A DNA stretch of 63,959 nt, filler included, from Octopus bimaculoides (taxonomy: Eukaryota): the NCBI RefSeq assembly GCF_001194135.2. It is 8 parts of 8 records of this genome, joined end to end, with 100 filler letters (N's around TTAATTAATTAA, not from the genome) between each part and the next. Parts side by side here need not be neighbours in the genome. Positions count along the whole stretch, not along the records: positions 9,958 to 25,567 come from NC_069008.1; positions 25,668 to 35,150 come from NC_068990.1; 6 more parts are not named here. One strand, written 5' to 3'. The notes beneath the pieces are model-generated. The model did not search any database. It had not been told where the DNA came from and worked only from the letters and a program-made list of their open reading frames with translations. Made by a program: the position numbers and the translations under genes. Shown piece after piece: positions 14,303-27,259 of the stretch (position 1 is its first letter; every line of letters starts with the position of its first letter).

Positions 14303-14657
14303 ACAGGTGCAATTGTGTGGTAAGAAGCTTTCTTCCCAACTGCATGGTTCTAGGTTCATTCCCAGTGTGGCACCATGGGCAAGTGTCTCCTGCTTAGCCC
14401 CAGGCCAACCAAAGCCTTGTAAGTCGATTTTATAGACAGAAACTGAATGAAGCCCGTGTGTGTGTGTGTGTGTGTGTGCCCCACCACTGCTTGACAGCCG
14501 GTGTTGGTGTGTTTACATCCCCCATAAATGTCTGAGCAAAAGAGACTGATTGAATAAGTATAAGGTTTAAAAAAAAAAAAAAACTGGGGTTGATTCATTC
14601 AAAGTGGTGCCCCAGCTTGACCGCAGTCCAGTGAGTAAAACAAGTAAAAGATAAAAG
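14303..14657 (+). mobile_element. SINE family D
   Basis: Same modules as 17094. Confidence 0.8.
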
Positions 14658-14884
14658 ATGTATTTTTCTTTATGTGATGGCGTACAAGCAACAAATATGT
14701 TCAGAGTTACAGTACATAGTTGTAATTTTCCTACTTTTAACCTTGTATTATCCCAAGGGCCACAAATGTAGACCTTCCAGGAAAACAGCAGTCCCCTTAA
14801 TTCAATGAAGCAGAAACTTCACCAGTGGCACGTAAAAAGCCCTTTTCAAGCATTGGTCCTCAGGCAGACAATGACAAATGACCG

Positions 14885-15170
14885 AGACCTGGGGTTAAAT
14901 ATCAATAGCAAGGAAAGACACATTAGATAATGTAGTCCGAGATACACTATGCCTGAATAGAAGATGAGACGGCCACAGCTGATGCCTCTTTGATCGTAGG
15001 TCTGTTGGCACAGGACTGACCTAGGGCTAAACCACAATAGCTAGGAGCAACACGAGATAATGTAGTCCTAGATACACTATGCCAGAATAAAAGACAGGAT
15101 CGCCACAAGTGGAACATCTTAGAATATAAGTCAGGTGGATCGAGACAGACCTGGGGCTAAACAACAAAAA
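14885..15170 (+). repeat. ~130-bp tandem repeat, 2.3 units of a dispersed family
   Basis: GACCTGGGG.TAAA...AGATAATGTAGTCC.AGATACACTATGCC recurs at 14887, 15018 and 15148. Confidence 0.8.
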
Positions 15171-16005
15171 AAGGATAGATGCTACGTACCCCTTAGATAA
15201 GACAACGGTCACGCTTCAATGCCTTTCAAGGGTTTCCCAAATCAGGGTCGACTTCGGAGGGAAGGGGACTAAAACTACACATCATCAAACTACACAATCT
15301 CTCTCCTCCCACCACCTCTCCCGCGATCTAATCTCTCTTTTTACCGCCCTTCATTTCTCCCCCCCCCCTCTCCATTACTTTCTACACTGTTCCTATTCCT
15401 CCCCCCCCCCAACTTTCATCTTTCCTCCCTTAATATAACAAGCACATCCCTCCCTCCCATCCGCCCCGGATAATGCTAATATGTTTCTTGGTTTTTCTTG
15501 ATGGATTCTAATCACAACACTTCGTCCTCCTCTTTCCTTTTGTCACACGACCCAGAAACGGGTTCGGATCGATACACACACACACACACACACACACACA
15601 CTACATACATAGATGTATGTACGTAGGCGAATGCATGTGCGTGTGTGTGTGTGTGCACGTATTTGTACGTGTGTGTGCATGTTTATGTATGCACGTTTAT
15701 ATATATATATATATATATATACACAGATACACACAGACACGGTTGTGTGTGTGAAGAGAAATCGACTCGGTCATATGATTATAATCGCGACGAACGACAA
15801 AAAGATACGCAAGTCCTGAATGAACACACCTGAGCACAAACATACGTGTGTGTGTGTGTACACATACACAAATATATACGTACAGAAGATAGTTATACGC
15901 ACACGTAAGAGGCACGATGCATATTAATGTGTATAATATATGTAAATATAGACACACACGATTTCACATCAGGAATCTTGCAAAACGAATACACAAACGC
16001 ATGTG

Positions 16006-16036
<31 letters not shown>

Positions 16037-16068
16037 AAAATATATACCTGTACGTGCAAACATACACA

Positions 16069-16117
<49 letters not shown>

Positions 16118-16156
16118 CACACAACTACAAAGTGTATAGCTGTATGTACATAGATG

Positions 16157-16191
<35 letters not shown>

Positions 16192-16207
16192 CATACACAC
16201 ACCACAT

Positions 16208-16432
16208 TACACTAATCCCTTGCCATATCGCGGTTCAGTTACCGCGGTCTATTATTTAAGCTTACGTCAATTCCTCCGTGGTGTTGTTTTGCATTTATAA
16301 TACAATAGATTTATACAAATTATAAAAATATTTTTTTTAAAATAGGCAGTACAGTACTGACTGTTTCTACTTCCCGGATTTTCACCTATCGCGGGGGTGG
16401 AGGGTTGTAACGTAACACCCGCGATAATCGAG
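16208..16432. mobile_element. pogo/Tigger-like MITE (partial second copy at 16960-17090; TIR also at 62147-62178)
   Basis: Ends TAATCCCTTGCCATATCGCGG and AACACCCGCGATAATCGAG. The TIR CGTAACACCCGTGATAGTCGAGGGATTACTGT recurs near 62150. Confidence 0.55.
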
Positions 16433-16583
16433 TACAAACTCATTCCGCAGTAAATTAAGGAGAAAGACAGACAGACAGAAAAAGCATGAGAGAAAAAGAG
16501 AGTCGACAAAACCATTATCTGTGTATTCTTCACGCAATTACAGACGTTCATATAAACATCATAATACCCCAATTGTGTGTATG

Positions 16584-16614
<31 letters not shown>

Positions 16615-17093
16615 CTTGTTTCAGTCATTGAACTGTGGCCATGCTGGGGCACCGCCTTGAAGAATCTTCGGTCAAATGAATCGACCCCAGAATTAATATT
16701 TTACTAAAGCCTGGTACTTATTTTATCTATCTCTTTTGTCGAACCGCTATGTAACTAAGCTTTGGTGCCCCACACTCGTTTCATTATTACCCTGTCAATT
16801 CATATAATGTATGCATACAAGCAAGTGTATATCGATGCACACACGCATAATATACATATGCTTGCATGTTTGTGTGTGTGTGTGTGTGTCTGTATATATA
16901 CAAACACGTGTATATGCATATGTAATGCATCTATGTGCATACAGCGATACTTGTATGTGCAGCAATCCTTCACCAGATTGTGGGTCACCTGTTGCAGTTT
17001 ATTATTTAGGCTTACGTCGATTCCTCTGTGGTGTTGTTTTGCAGTTAGAATAAAATATATGCAAGTTATAAAAATAATTTTTAAATATATATA

Positions 17094-17502
17094 AGCACAG
17101 GAGTGGCTGTGTGGTAAGTAGCTTGCTTACCAGCCACATGGTTCCAGGCTCAGTCCCACTGTGTGGTACCTTGGGCAAGTGTCTTCTACTATAGCCTCGG
17201 GCCGACCAAAGCCTTGTGAGTGGATTTGGTAGACGGAAACTGAAAGAAGCCCGTCGTATATATGTCTATATATGTATATGTATGTGTGTTTGTGTGTGTG
17301 TGTGTATTTGTCCCCACAACATCGCTCGACGACCGATGCTGGTGTGTTTACGTCCCCATAACTTAGCGGTTCGGCAAAAGAGACTGATAAAATAAGTACT
17401 AGGCTTACAAAGAATAAGTCCTGGGGTCGATTTGCTCGACTAAAGGCGGTGCTCCAGCATGGCCTCAGTCAAATGACTGAAACAAGTAAAAGAGTTAAAG
17501 AG
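17094..17502 (+). mobile_element. SINE family D, full length
   Basis: Contains CCTTGGGCAAGTG (CORE-like); aligns with 8090-8482. Confidence 0.9.
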
Positions 17503-17632
17503 TATACAGTACTGTTTCTACTTTGTGGACTTTCACCAATCGTAAGGGTTTTGGATAGTCAAGGGTTATTTTATCCAGAGGCATACTGGGTGTGTGTGTG
17601 TGTACACACAATGTCTGTGTTAATGTACTCAC

Positions 17633-17663
<31 letters not shown>

Positions 17664-17829
17664 TATAAACTAAAGCAATCTGAATTAAAACAATAGCAAA
17701 TAATTCTTTATGGTAGCAAGCTGGGAGAATAATGTGCACTGATCCAGAAAGATTGCATGGAGACACAGCAAGTTATATAAATCTGCCAATTTATTGTATC
17801 TCTACAGCATGAAACTATTCTGTACATTA

Positions 17830-17861
<32 letters not shown>

Positions 17862-18029
17862 GAAAAGGTAAAAACCCTTTCAATCACTAATGACCATGGG
17901 ATAGCACCTAGAAAATTGCCTCAAAGGCACAAGTCTTATCAAGGTTCTTTATGGATGACCAGCAGCCATACCAGGCTCCCCTCTCCACACCATTATACTA
18001 CACAGGGCTAGGGTTAGGGTTAAGGGTAA

Positions 18030-18348
18030 AGACCCCCTTCGGTCATGAAGGGCCATGGGATTGCACCTAGAAAGTTCCCCTCTGGGGCACAAGTTTGGGC
18101 AAAGTTACAGAGGACCAGCTGTTACCCACGCATACCAGCCTCCGCCTCGCCACAGATGTTATCCAGGGGAAAGGCAAAGGGGCCGATACAGCTTGGCACC
18201 AGTGACGTCACAACTCATTTCTACAACCTGAGAGAACTGGAGTAATGTGAAGTAAAGTGTCTTGCTCAAGAACACAACACACAGCCCAGTCCGGGAATCG
18301 AACTCACTACCTCATGACTGTGAGCCCGACTCTAACCACTGAGCCATG
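18030..18348 (-). mobile_element. tRNA-derived SINE family C (extra 3' piece at 17870-18000)
   Basis: Reverse complement of 25964-26292. Head GGCTCAGTGGTTAGAG...GTTCGATTCCC. Confidence 0.85.
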
Positions 18349-18884
18349 CAAGACAGGGATAGGTGAGGCACCAACAAACGAGGTGTATTAATCCGACACT
18401 CAAAAAAATGAACCAAACTCAACTATTTTAGAATTTTATATGAAAGAACAACATTCTACAGCAACTTATATTTTGTCTGCTATTCCACTAATGCTGCCAA
18501 CCGATATTCTTACAATGTAGAAATATGTATTCATTATTAATGAGAGAGAATGGCTACTATGAGACTGAAAAAAAGTAGCATGAGGCATATCTACACTTTA
18601 GGGCCCCAGAGACATTCGTCAAGATTTTATTCTCTGATCAGCCATTTGGTTGCAGTCATGCTGGAGAACCACCTATATATATATATGTATGTATGTATGT
18701 ATATGTGTGTGTTTGTTCCCCCCGCCACCGCTTGACAGTGTTGGTGTGTTTACATCCCCATAACTTAGCAGTTCAGCAAAAGAGACTGAAGTAATAAGTA
18801 CTAGGCGTAGAAAGAATAAGTCCTGGGATTGATTAGTTCAACTAAAGGCAGTGCTCCAGCATGGCCACAGTCAAATGATCAACT

Positions 18885-19255
18885 TTGATCATAGGTCTGC
18901 TGGATCAGGACTAACTTGGGGCTAAAAAAAACAAGGAAGGACACATTAGATAATTTTACTCCAAGATGCATCACGCCCGAGTAAAAAAAATGGGACAGTC
19001 TTAAATGCTAGGTATAAGGGATTAGGATTGACCTGGGGTTAAAATAACAAGGAAGTACATATTAGATAGTGTACTCTAAGATACATGTTGCCTGAATGAA
19101 AAAAAAAGGGATGGTCTTGGCTCCTAGGGAATTGACCTGGGGTTAAATAACAACAAGGAAGTATGGTTCAGATGATGTACTTGAAGATACATACACCTGG
19201 GATGGTTTTAAATGCTAGGTAAAGTGGATCAGGACTGACCTAGGGCTAAATAAAC
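18885..19255 (+). repeat. Same family, ~4 units of ~100-115 bp
   Basis: (GA)CCTGGGG.TAAA..AACAAGGAAG recurs at ~18912, 19030, 19134 and 19237. Confidence 0.75.
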
Positions 19256-19879
19256 TTTTAATACATTTCCTCCCCCCACCACACCTTTAGATGAATCTTA
19301 ATGAAGTGCGTTCTGCTCCTATCAACCGGGTAAAGACATTAGTTATGTATTTGGGGTACAGGGCGAGAGGGTGTACAGAGGGTGGGGGGTACTACAATCA
19401 GTTTTTATCATCAGAGTGATTATGTTACATGGTTATGGGGTTTGCAGGATCAGCACCTACCTGGGGTTAAAACAACAAGGCTAGCAAGTAATGTTACTGC
19501 GTTATCTATATTAACTATAAAACATGGGGCTTTCATAAACGCATGAAGACGAATGGAAATGAATGGATATCTGCACACACAAACAAACACACATTCACCG
19601 TCTGACATGAAAGTTCTGTTTTTAATATATTTACAGGTACAACATTAATTTCCCAAGATCGTTCCAGACAAATGAGTTTTTATCTCTCTCGCTTCCAAAC
19701 TAGAGAAAATACATGTTTCTAGGTCAATGTGCTCCAAATTAAATATTAAATTTACTTCAATAATTAAATGACCTACAGGTCCCTACCTGTACAATTAGTG
19801 TAAATTGGTGCAAATTCTAAAAAAAAAAAGCACCAGACCATCACTGTACGGAAAGTCTGTGTTGAATCTTTTACTCTCT

Positions 19880-20175
19880 TACTCATGTGAGTCATCTGAG
19901 TATGGCCATGCTGGAGCACTGCCTGGAAGCGATTTCTTTTTTAACCCTATCGGTCTCTTTTGCCAAACTGTTAAGTTACAGGGGATGTAAACACACCAAC
20001 ACCAGTTGTCAAGTGGTGGTGGTGAAGGGACAAACACACACACGCATTTAAATATCTACATACATAGACATAGAATGGGCTTCTTACAGTTCCTACCTTC
20101 CAAATCCACTCCGGAGACTGGTCAGCCTGAAGCTGTAGTTGAGAAGCAAACTCCTTACCACACAACCACGCCCAC
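19880..20175 (-). mobile_element. SINE family D, diverged. Further partial copies at 6660-6802, 16615-16762, 18700-18880, 32517-32700, 33445-33600, 36945-37200, 45783-45950, 48830-48995, 54720-54870, 55410-55660, 58445-58570, 62180-62347 and 62615-62780
   Basis: Recurrent CAGTCATTTGACTGCGGCCATGCTGGAGC and TTTCAGTTTCCGTCTACCAAATCCAC blocks. Confidence 0.8.
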
Positions 20176-20194
20176 ACCTATGTATGTCTGTATA

Positions 20195-20240
<46 letters not shown>

Positions 20241-21139
20241 CACCATTTACCATTTGTTTTCCATGCTGGCATGGGTTGGACAGTTTGACAGGAACGGGCA
20301 AAGCTGTTGTCTGCTTTGGGATGGTTTCTACTTTTAGATGCCCTTCCTAATGCCAACCACTTCGCAGAATATTCCGGGAGTGCTTTACCATGGTACTAAC
20401 ACCAGCAAGAATGCCAAGTTACTTGGAAGACAAAGACCTCTCACCTGGGAGAAGGAGTGGAACCGAGGGTGGTGGCTTTGTGCCAATTGAGAGGTGAGAC
20501 GAAAATAGAGGGGTAGAGAGAGGGGTCTTACTTTAGAGGAGATATTTGGCTACCCCAGGAGGAAGAGTTATCAGGGTACAGAGACAGAGAGAGAGAGAAG
20601 TAGGTGGGTGTTAGAGATGCATCAGGACCTATCCCCAGGTAACAGTGAGTGGGGAGTAAAAATGATAGGAAAGGTTCAGAGGGAGATGGCCTTTTCTAAT
20701 GCCAACCATTTTACAGAGTGCACTGGGTGCTTTTTACATGGCACCAGTGGAATCACCAGGTAACTTGCAAGATAAGGCACCCCTGCCCCAAACCACTCCA
20801 TAACTGAAACGGGGGGGGGGTAGAAACTGAGTGTGTGGTGGCTCTTTGCCAGGTGATGAAAGATTAAGGTATAACAACAGGAACAGGTATCTTGCCGTAA
20901 GGGAGATGCTTAATGATCCCAGATGGGATAAGGGACAGGAGAGAGAAAACTGCTGGGGCACCCAACAAGGTATAGGGAGAGGAATACATTACATACACAA
21001 GAAAATGAGATGACAAAAGAATAAATAAGTATCTTATGCATTCCATTAGCTTACAGCTGTTTCTGCTGCTGGATGCAGTGGATGTATAGTAAAGTGTCTG
21101 AGAAACAGCTTCATCAGAGGTTCAAACATAAAGTGTGTA

Positions 21140-21260
21140 TATGTATATATACATACAAGGAGGTGCTGAAAAGTTCCCGGCTGTAAGGGTATCGCGAAAG
21201 GCCTAGTTGGAGACCCAACATTCCAAGTTCTTTTACAGGACATTTTACATTTTTGAAAGA
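21140..21260. mobile_element. Mariner-type TIR fragment
   Basis: ACAAGGAGGTGCTGAAAAGTTCC, next to a TA-rich run. Confidence 0.45.
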
Positions 21261-21582
21261 CATCTTACAGAAATACGTTTACCAGAGAGTGAATTACGTA
21301 ACATTGGAGTTTCAAAGAGAGATACCTGACGGGTGGGAAAAAATCGTGAAAAATTGCTGAAATTACAGAAATTGGTAGAAACAAAGCCGAAGTGGGCGTA
21401 GGGAGGAAGGAAGATCCAAAACTATTCTCTCCACAATTTCTGGGCATTTTCTTTCATATTTTATCAATTTAATCATAATCTACACCTTCAAAAGCATATA
21501 TCTGCAAAATTTGATTAAAAATTATAGATTTTTCCGTAAGGGATGAGGAAAAGTGCATTGGGGCGCCAATCTGTAGTTATGC

Positions 21583-21632
<50 letters not shown>

Positions 21633-22313
21633 CCAAACATGTGTATATACTTATAAACAGACATATCTACACACACACAAATATTTATATATACATACTT
21701 GACAAACATACATTTCATTTTTGCATTTGGTTCGCATGATTATGTATATATACCAGGGAGTTCTGAAGCAATTCTATCGTAGAAATGCCATTTTCACAAT
21801 TCCAGAAACACGAAAAACTGGAATTGTCTTTTTTTTCTTTTCTTTTTGAGACTTTTATTCTTTGAGGTGTGGCAGTTAGCGTGACCTCGGGATTGACACG
21901 GGGCCCCCCACGAGAACAGAAGACGGTGGGGGTACGAGTGTCGGTGACCAGATCACAATTGGGCAACAACAATTTGGGCCGCACAACAATTAAATGATGA
22001 CATTTAGACATTTAATAGCTTTTGTGTGCACGTCTGTTTTTAATTGGTTAAAACTGGCTCTACCACGAGTTCATTGATACACACACAATGTTGTGTATAT
22101 TAGTTCCAAGATGCTCTGGAATGCATCGTCAGCGATATTTCTAGGCTCTCTAAATTGCCCTCCCCGATGTCATTGCTATACATCATATATATACATACAT
22201 ACTATATATACATACGCACAAACTGAATATAAATACACTATATAGATATATACATCCAATACATGTAGATGCTATATAATTTATGATTTACCGAAGATAT
22301 AGATAGATAAACG

Positions 22314-22357
<44 letters not shown>

Positions 22358-22824
22358 GTACACAATATGTATACACACGTCATGTACACACTGTATATAC
22401 ACATATTACATACATATATATATATACACTCTCACATTGCACAACGCCAAAGATAAAGATTCCTGTGTTCATTTATAAAGAGACTAATACACGCGCGCGA
22501 ACAAAGAGGAGCTATGTGCGTATATATACGTACGTGTCTATATATATATACACACATATATATATATATATATATATATGCACATATACAAACTTCATAG
22601 ATGCATAGAAAAGGTGTAATGCATTAGTATATATATAAATCCTGAATAAATGCGTGTATGTAGTGGGAACAAGTGCGTGCTTATGTATGTATGTATTATA
22701 AGGTGTACTTTGCAGGTCACATGCACATCATATGTGTATGTGTATATATATATATACATGTGTGTATAACGATGGTAATGAATAATGTGTGAGTCACTGC
22801 TTCTTCATGGGGTTGTAGACGTAC

Positions 22825-22883
<59 letters not shown>

Positions 22884-22987
22884 AACACACACATTCGTGA
22901 ATGTATATTATAATTTCTCTAAGTGAATGTGTGTGTGTGTGTGTGGCGGCTGCAATGACTTAACTAGTGTGTATGTGTACAATACAC

Positions 22988-23027
<40 letters not shown>

Positions 23028-23279
23028 TTACTATATATATATAGACAGATAGAGCGACAGATATACTGCGAGAGAGACCGAGAGATAATAGGTGGAGAAA
23101 AAGACACGGATTTAGGAGGGGAGAGAAAGAGAGATGTGAGGATAGAAGCGGAAAGAAAAGCAGGGAGAGGGACAGAGAGAGAGATGAAGAGTGAGACAGA
23201 CAAGCAGAGAGAGGGGAAGAGAGAGAGAGACAAGCAAATAGTGAGGAAGATATATATATAGAGNNNNNNNNNNNNNNNN

Positions 23280-23315
<36 letters not shown>

Positions 23316-24439
23316 CAATAACAAAAGGAGAGAGGTAGGCAGAGAAGAAAAGAGAAAGGATAGAAAGACATATAGAGACAGACAGATAGATAGATATATA
23401 AATATACATAGAGAGAGAGGGAGGGAGATATGCGCGTGGGTAACGGATTCTGGGGTAGGCCAGTGAAGGTATGTGGATGTCAGGATTCTTGTGAAGCTGC
23501 CCATATATATGAATGTATATATGAATGTGTGTGTGTGTGTATATGTATGTATATATATGTGTGTGTGTATAAGGGTGGCGGGGGCTTGAGCGTGCAATGA
23601 GTATGTGTGTGTGTGTGTGGTACGGTTTCCTGTCTGCGAGATATTTTTGGTAAAAAGATTCCAGTAAAGGGAAGGATATACACACACACACACACACACA
23701 CAGAGAGAAAGACAGATAGACAGACAGGTGATATATATATCCCTCCTTGCTTATATTATATACACATATGAATATATAATTATACGTTGCGTACTTATTT
23801 ACATATGAATGTATGTGTATACATTCGTAATGCACCTTCAAGTGATATATATGCACCAATGTATGTATAATCGCACATAGTGAATGTCAAAAATTGCAAC
23901 ATAGATCTATATATATCATATGTATACACAGACAAAGTAATTTAGGATTGAAACACACATATACATATATACATGACACATATACATGGATATACTCGCA
24001 TATACCTAATGATCGCTTGAGTATACACCCCTACAGACATACACATCTGTATACAAACGCATACATATATATACACAGGCGCATATATAAACACATAATA
24101 CACATATATACATATGCATATGTGCGTGCATATGCGTATGTGTATATACGCTTGCGTACATAACGAACGTTGAACTGAAATATACACACATTGACAAATA
24201 TACACACACACGCCCCTATACTGATCTTCGGGAACAACAGTTGTAAGCAGCCCCCAGCAATTAAAACCCCCAGAAAAAGACAATAAAAACGAAAGCACCC
24301 CAATATATACATCCGAAGTCAAATATATATATATACCATATAACTGTATATACAAATACGATGTATAATTAGAGCGAGAGAGAGAGAGATGTGTTAATTA
24401 CATGAAAACGAAAAACTAATTAATGAATTTTTTGAACTT

Positions 24440-24950
24440 ACCGAGAAAATATTAAATATATATGTGTTTATCTGTATATACATACATATATATATATATA
24501 TACGCGATCGCGTAGGTGTGTATATATATATGTATATATATGACAAAATAATTAAAAAAAAAACCCGCGAAGCAGAACGGGGCACCGACCAAACTGTAAG
24601 AATCTCACATAAAAAGTCTGCGCACTCGCGTGACGTCACACCGGAAGACTGCCTCCCCTTCACTAACTCAGCCTCGACTCAACTCAGCTCTGTCATTTTA
24701 ACCTTCAGCCTTTCTTTCTCTCTGTCTTCATCGCTTGCCCTTCCTCCTCCTCCTCCTTCTTCCCTCTCTCGTTCTGCCTGTTGTGTCTTCAACAAGTTAC
24801 ATTTCACACTCACAGTTCTTACTCATTCTCGCACACGCGCGCGCGCCCTCGCGTTCCTGCTAATCAGCCAGTTCTGGCTTGGTTTCGTTTCGTTTCGTTT
24901 CGTGGGTTTGGTATAACGTTTACTGAGCAGACATGCATTTTAGCTGTGGG
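24440..24950. promoter_or_regulatory. CpG-rich promoter-like island with adjacent CRE and ETS motifs
   Basis: TGACGTCA at 24631-24638, CCGGAAG at 24641-24647, TGCGCA at 24619. CpG density is far above the flanks. A pyrimidine-rich tract follows, and there is a minus-strand donor (cg|gtaagt) at 24441. Confidence 0.5.
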
Positions 24951-25066
24951 AATTCACAATGCTTTTTCTTCTTCTTCTTCATTCTTTTACTTTCTCTTTT
25001 TTTTTGTTTCTCCCGCGGATCCTATGTTTGATATAAAACAAGTGATGTATGTGTGTTTATCTATCG

Positions 25067-25114
<48 letters not shown>

Positions 25115-25284
25115 GTCTATCTGTCTGTCTATCTATGTGTGTGCAGAGCGAGATAGATAGATAGATAGATAAATGGAACGATAGATAGATAGATCGATAG
25201 ATAGATAGATAGATAGGTAGATTAAAATATAGATAAATAGAACAATAGATAGATAGATATAGAGAAAGAGTGAGATAGGTAGAG

Positions 25285-25567
25285 AAGCCTACATCAAGTG
25301 CATGGAGGGGGTAGTGCTGTCCTGGGTCAAGAGGGTGGCTGCTGGAAGGCCCTGTGTCTGGCAACAGGGCTCTGCACCATTCCGTACAAGAAGGAGAACC
25401 CAGTCTTGGCTGTCAGACAATTTCTGTGACCACATCACCCCTAACATCTGGCCACCTAACTCCCCAAACTGCAACTCCCTTCGTTATTATGTGTGGGGCG
25501 CAGATGAGTGAGAGACCAACAAAACTCCTTGTAACACCAAAGATGAAGTGAAGGCAAGGATTATGGC
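25285..25567 (+). mobile_element. maT/DD37D-type transposase fragment
   Basis: VWQQGSAP...WPPNSPNCNSLRYYVWG. There are 37 residues between the two mutated catalytic positions. Confidence 0.75.
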
Positions 25568-25963
25568 NNNNNNNNNNNNNNNNNNNNNNNNNNNNNNNNN
25601 NNNNNNNNNNNTTAATTAATTAANNNNNNNNNNNNNNNNNNNNNNNNNNNNNNNNNNNNNNNNNNNNCCCTATACACTATGACTGTGCCACTGAGTCAGT
25701 CATTCTGTGTGTGTATATATTATATATATTTCTCACATTTGATATTATTGATAATTCAGTTTTAGTCATCTGTACACCACATTATTATCATTGTTGTATA
25801 TCTCTCAACACTTAACACCAACCAACCATTGTTGATTATATCTCTTTCATACTTCTCTCTCTTTTTTTCTCTCTCTCTCTCTCTCTTACTTTATCATACA
25901 CAGACACATAACACAAAAAGTATCCAGTGTAATTTAGTGTGATAACAATAGACATATACTTAA

Positions 25964-26292
25964 GCCTGGCTCAGTGGTTAGAGCAGTGGGCTCACAATCA
26001 GGAGGTAGTGAGTTTGATTCCTGGATCGGGCTGTGTGTTGTGTTCTTGAGCAAGACGCTTTATTTCACGTTGCTCTATTTAACACAGCTGTAGAAATGAG
26101 TTGCAATGTCATCACTGGTGCCAAGCTGTATTGACCTTTGCCTTTCCTTTGGATAACATCAGTGACATGCAGAAGGGAGACTGGTATGCATTGGCGATCG
26201 CTGGTCTTCCGCAAACAACTTTGTCTCGATTTGTACCATGGAGGGGAACTTTCTAGGTGCAATCCCTCAGCCATTCATGACCAAAAAGGATC
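25964..26292 (+). mobile_element. tRNA-derived SINE family C
   Basis: GCCTGGCTCAGTGGTTAGAGC...TCTTGAGCAAGAC (CORE-like). Confidence 0.85.
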
Positions 26293-26722
26293 TTTACTTC
26301 AAGCCATAAACATACACACATGCACGCGTCTACACAGGTATACACCTCCCCCCTCCCCCCGCAGTTGTGCACCTCACAAACACAAATATGCATGTGCACA
26401 CACCCACACAACCACAGCAATAGCCATACACCTTTGCAGATATGAATGTGCCCATGCAGTTATGTACATGACCACATAGATATGTATGCACTTTCATAGC
26501 TATGAATGCACACATCAATGCAGATATGCATGCACCTTCTCAAATGTACACCCATGCAAATACACATGCACATACATTCCTACACAGGTATCCATAAATA
26601 CTGTTGAGTTTCTCACTAATTAAGACTGAAGGCCTCTTAGGGTCCTTTCCTTATATATTTGTTTGTTTCTTTTCATTTTGGCGATAATGGTTGATTGATT
26701 GATTATTACCAAATTATTTCAG

Positions 26723-26837
26723 GTGACTGTTCCAAAGGGAGATCGAGAATACCATGGTGGATCATTTGGTGAAGAAAGTTTTGTCCAGGATGATGATTAC
26801 CCATTGTCTATTTTACTCCAACACGTCTCCAAAAATG
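26723..26837 (+). CDS. Isolated internal exon, probably afadin/canoe-like (end of the second Ras-association domain)
   Basis: Acceptor attatttcag, donor aatg|gtaatg. 115 nt, phase 0-1, only one open frame: VTVPKGDREYHGGSFGEESFVQDDDYPLSILLQHVSKN(G). DDD.PL.IL.QH..NG resembles, from memory, the afadin RA2 end (LDDDECPLQIFREWPSDKG; canoe-type ECPLAILM.H). No partner exons found. Confidence 0.5.
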
Positions 26838-27259
26838 GTAATGTTCTTCAAAAAAATCTTTCTTCTTCTTGATCACAATCATCATTATTAGAATGAAGAG
26901 CTGGCAGAATTGTTAGCACACTAAGCAAAATGCTTCACATTTCATCTGTCTTTATAGTTTTGAGTTCAAATTATACCAAGGTTGGCTTTACCTTTCATCC
27001 TTTTGGGGTCGATAAAATAAGTACCACTGGGGTCGATGTAATCGACTTAATCCCGTTCCCCCAAGCTGCCTTTGTGGCAAAAGTTTGAAACCATCATCAT
27101 TATTATTATTATTATTATTATTATGGTTGTGAGCTGGCAGAATTGTGACTGTGCCAAACAAAATGCTTAGGTGCATTTCTTTTAGCTCTTTCTGTACCTG
27201 GTTCAAATGCTGCCGAGGTTGACTTTTCCTGTCATCCTTTCATAGTTGATAAGCCACCT

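Noticed and set aside
23430-23510. SFTRIL resembling the afadin SFTRTISNPE motif; MRVGNGFWGRPVK plus a donor on the other strand
   Set aside because: The SFTR match is on the opposite strand to the afadin-like exon and only four residues match. The plus-strand mini-exon has no other support.
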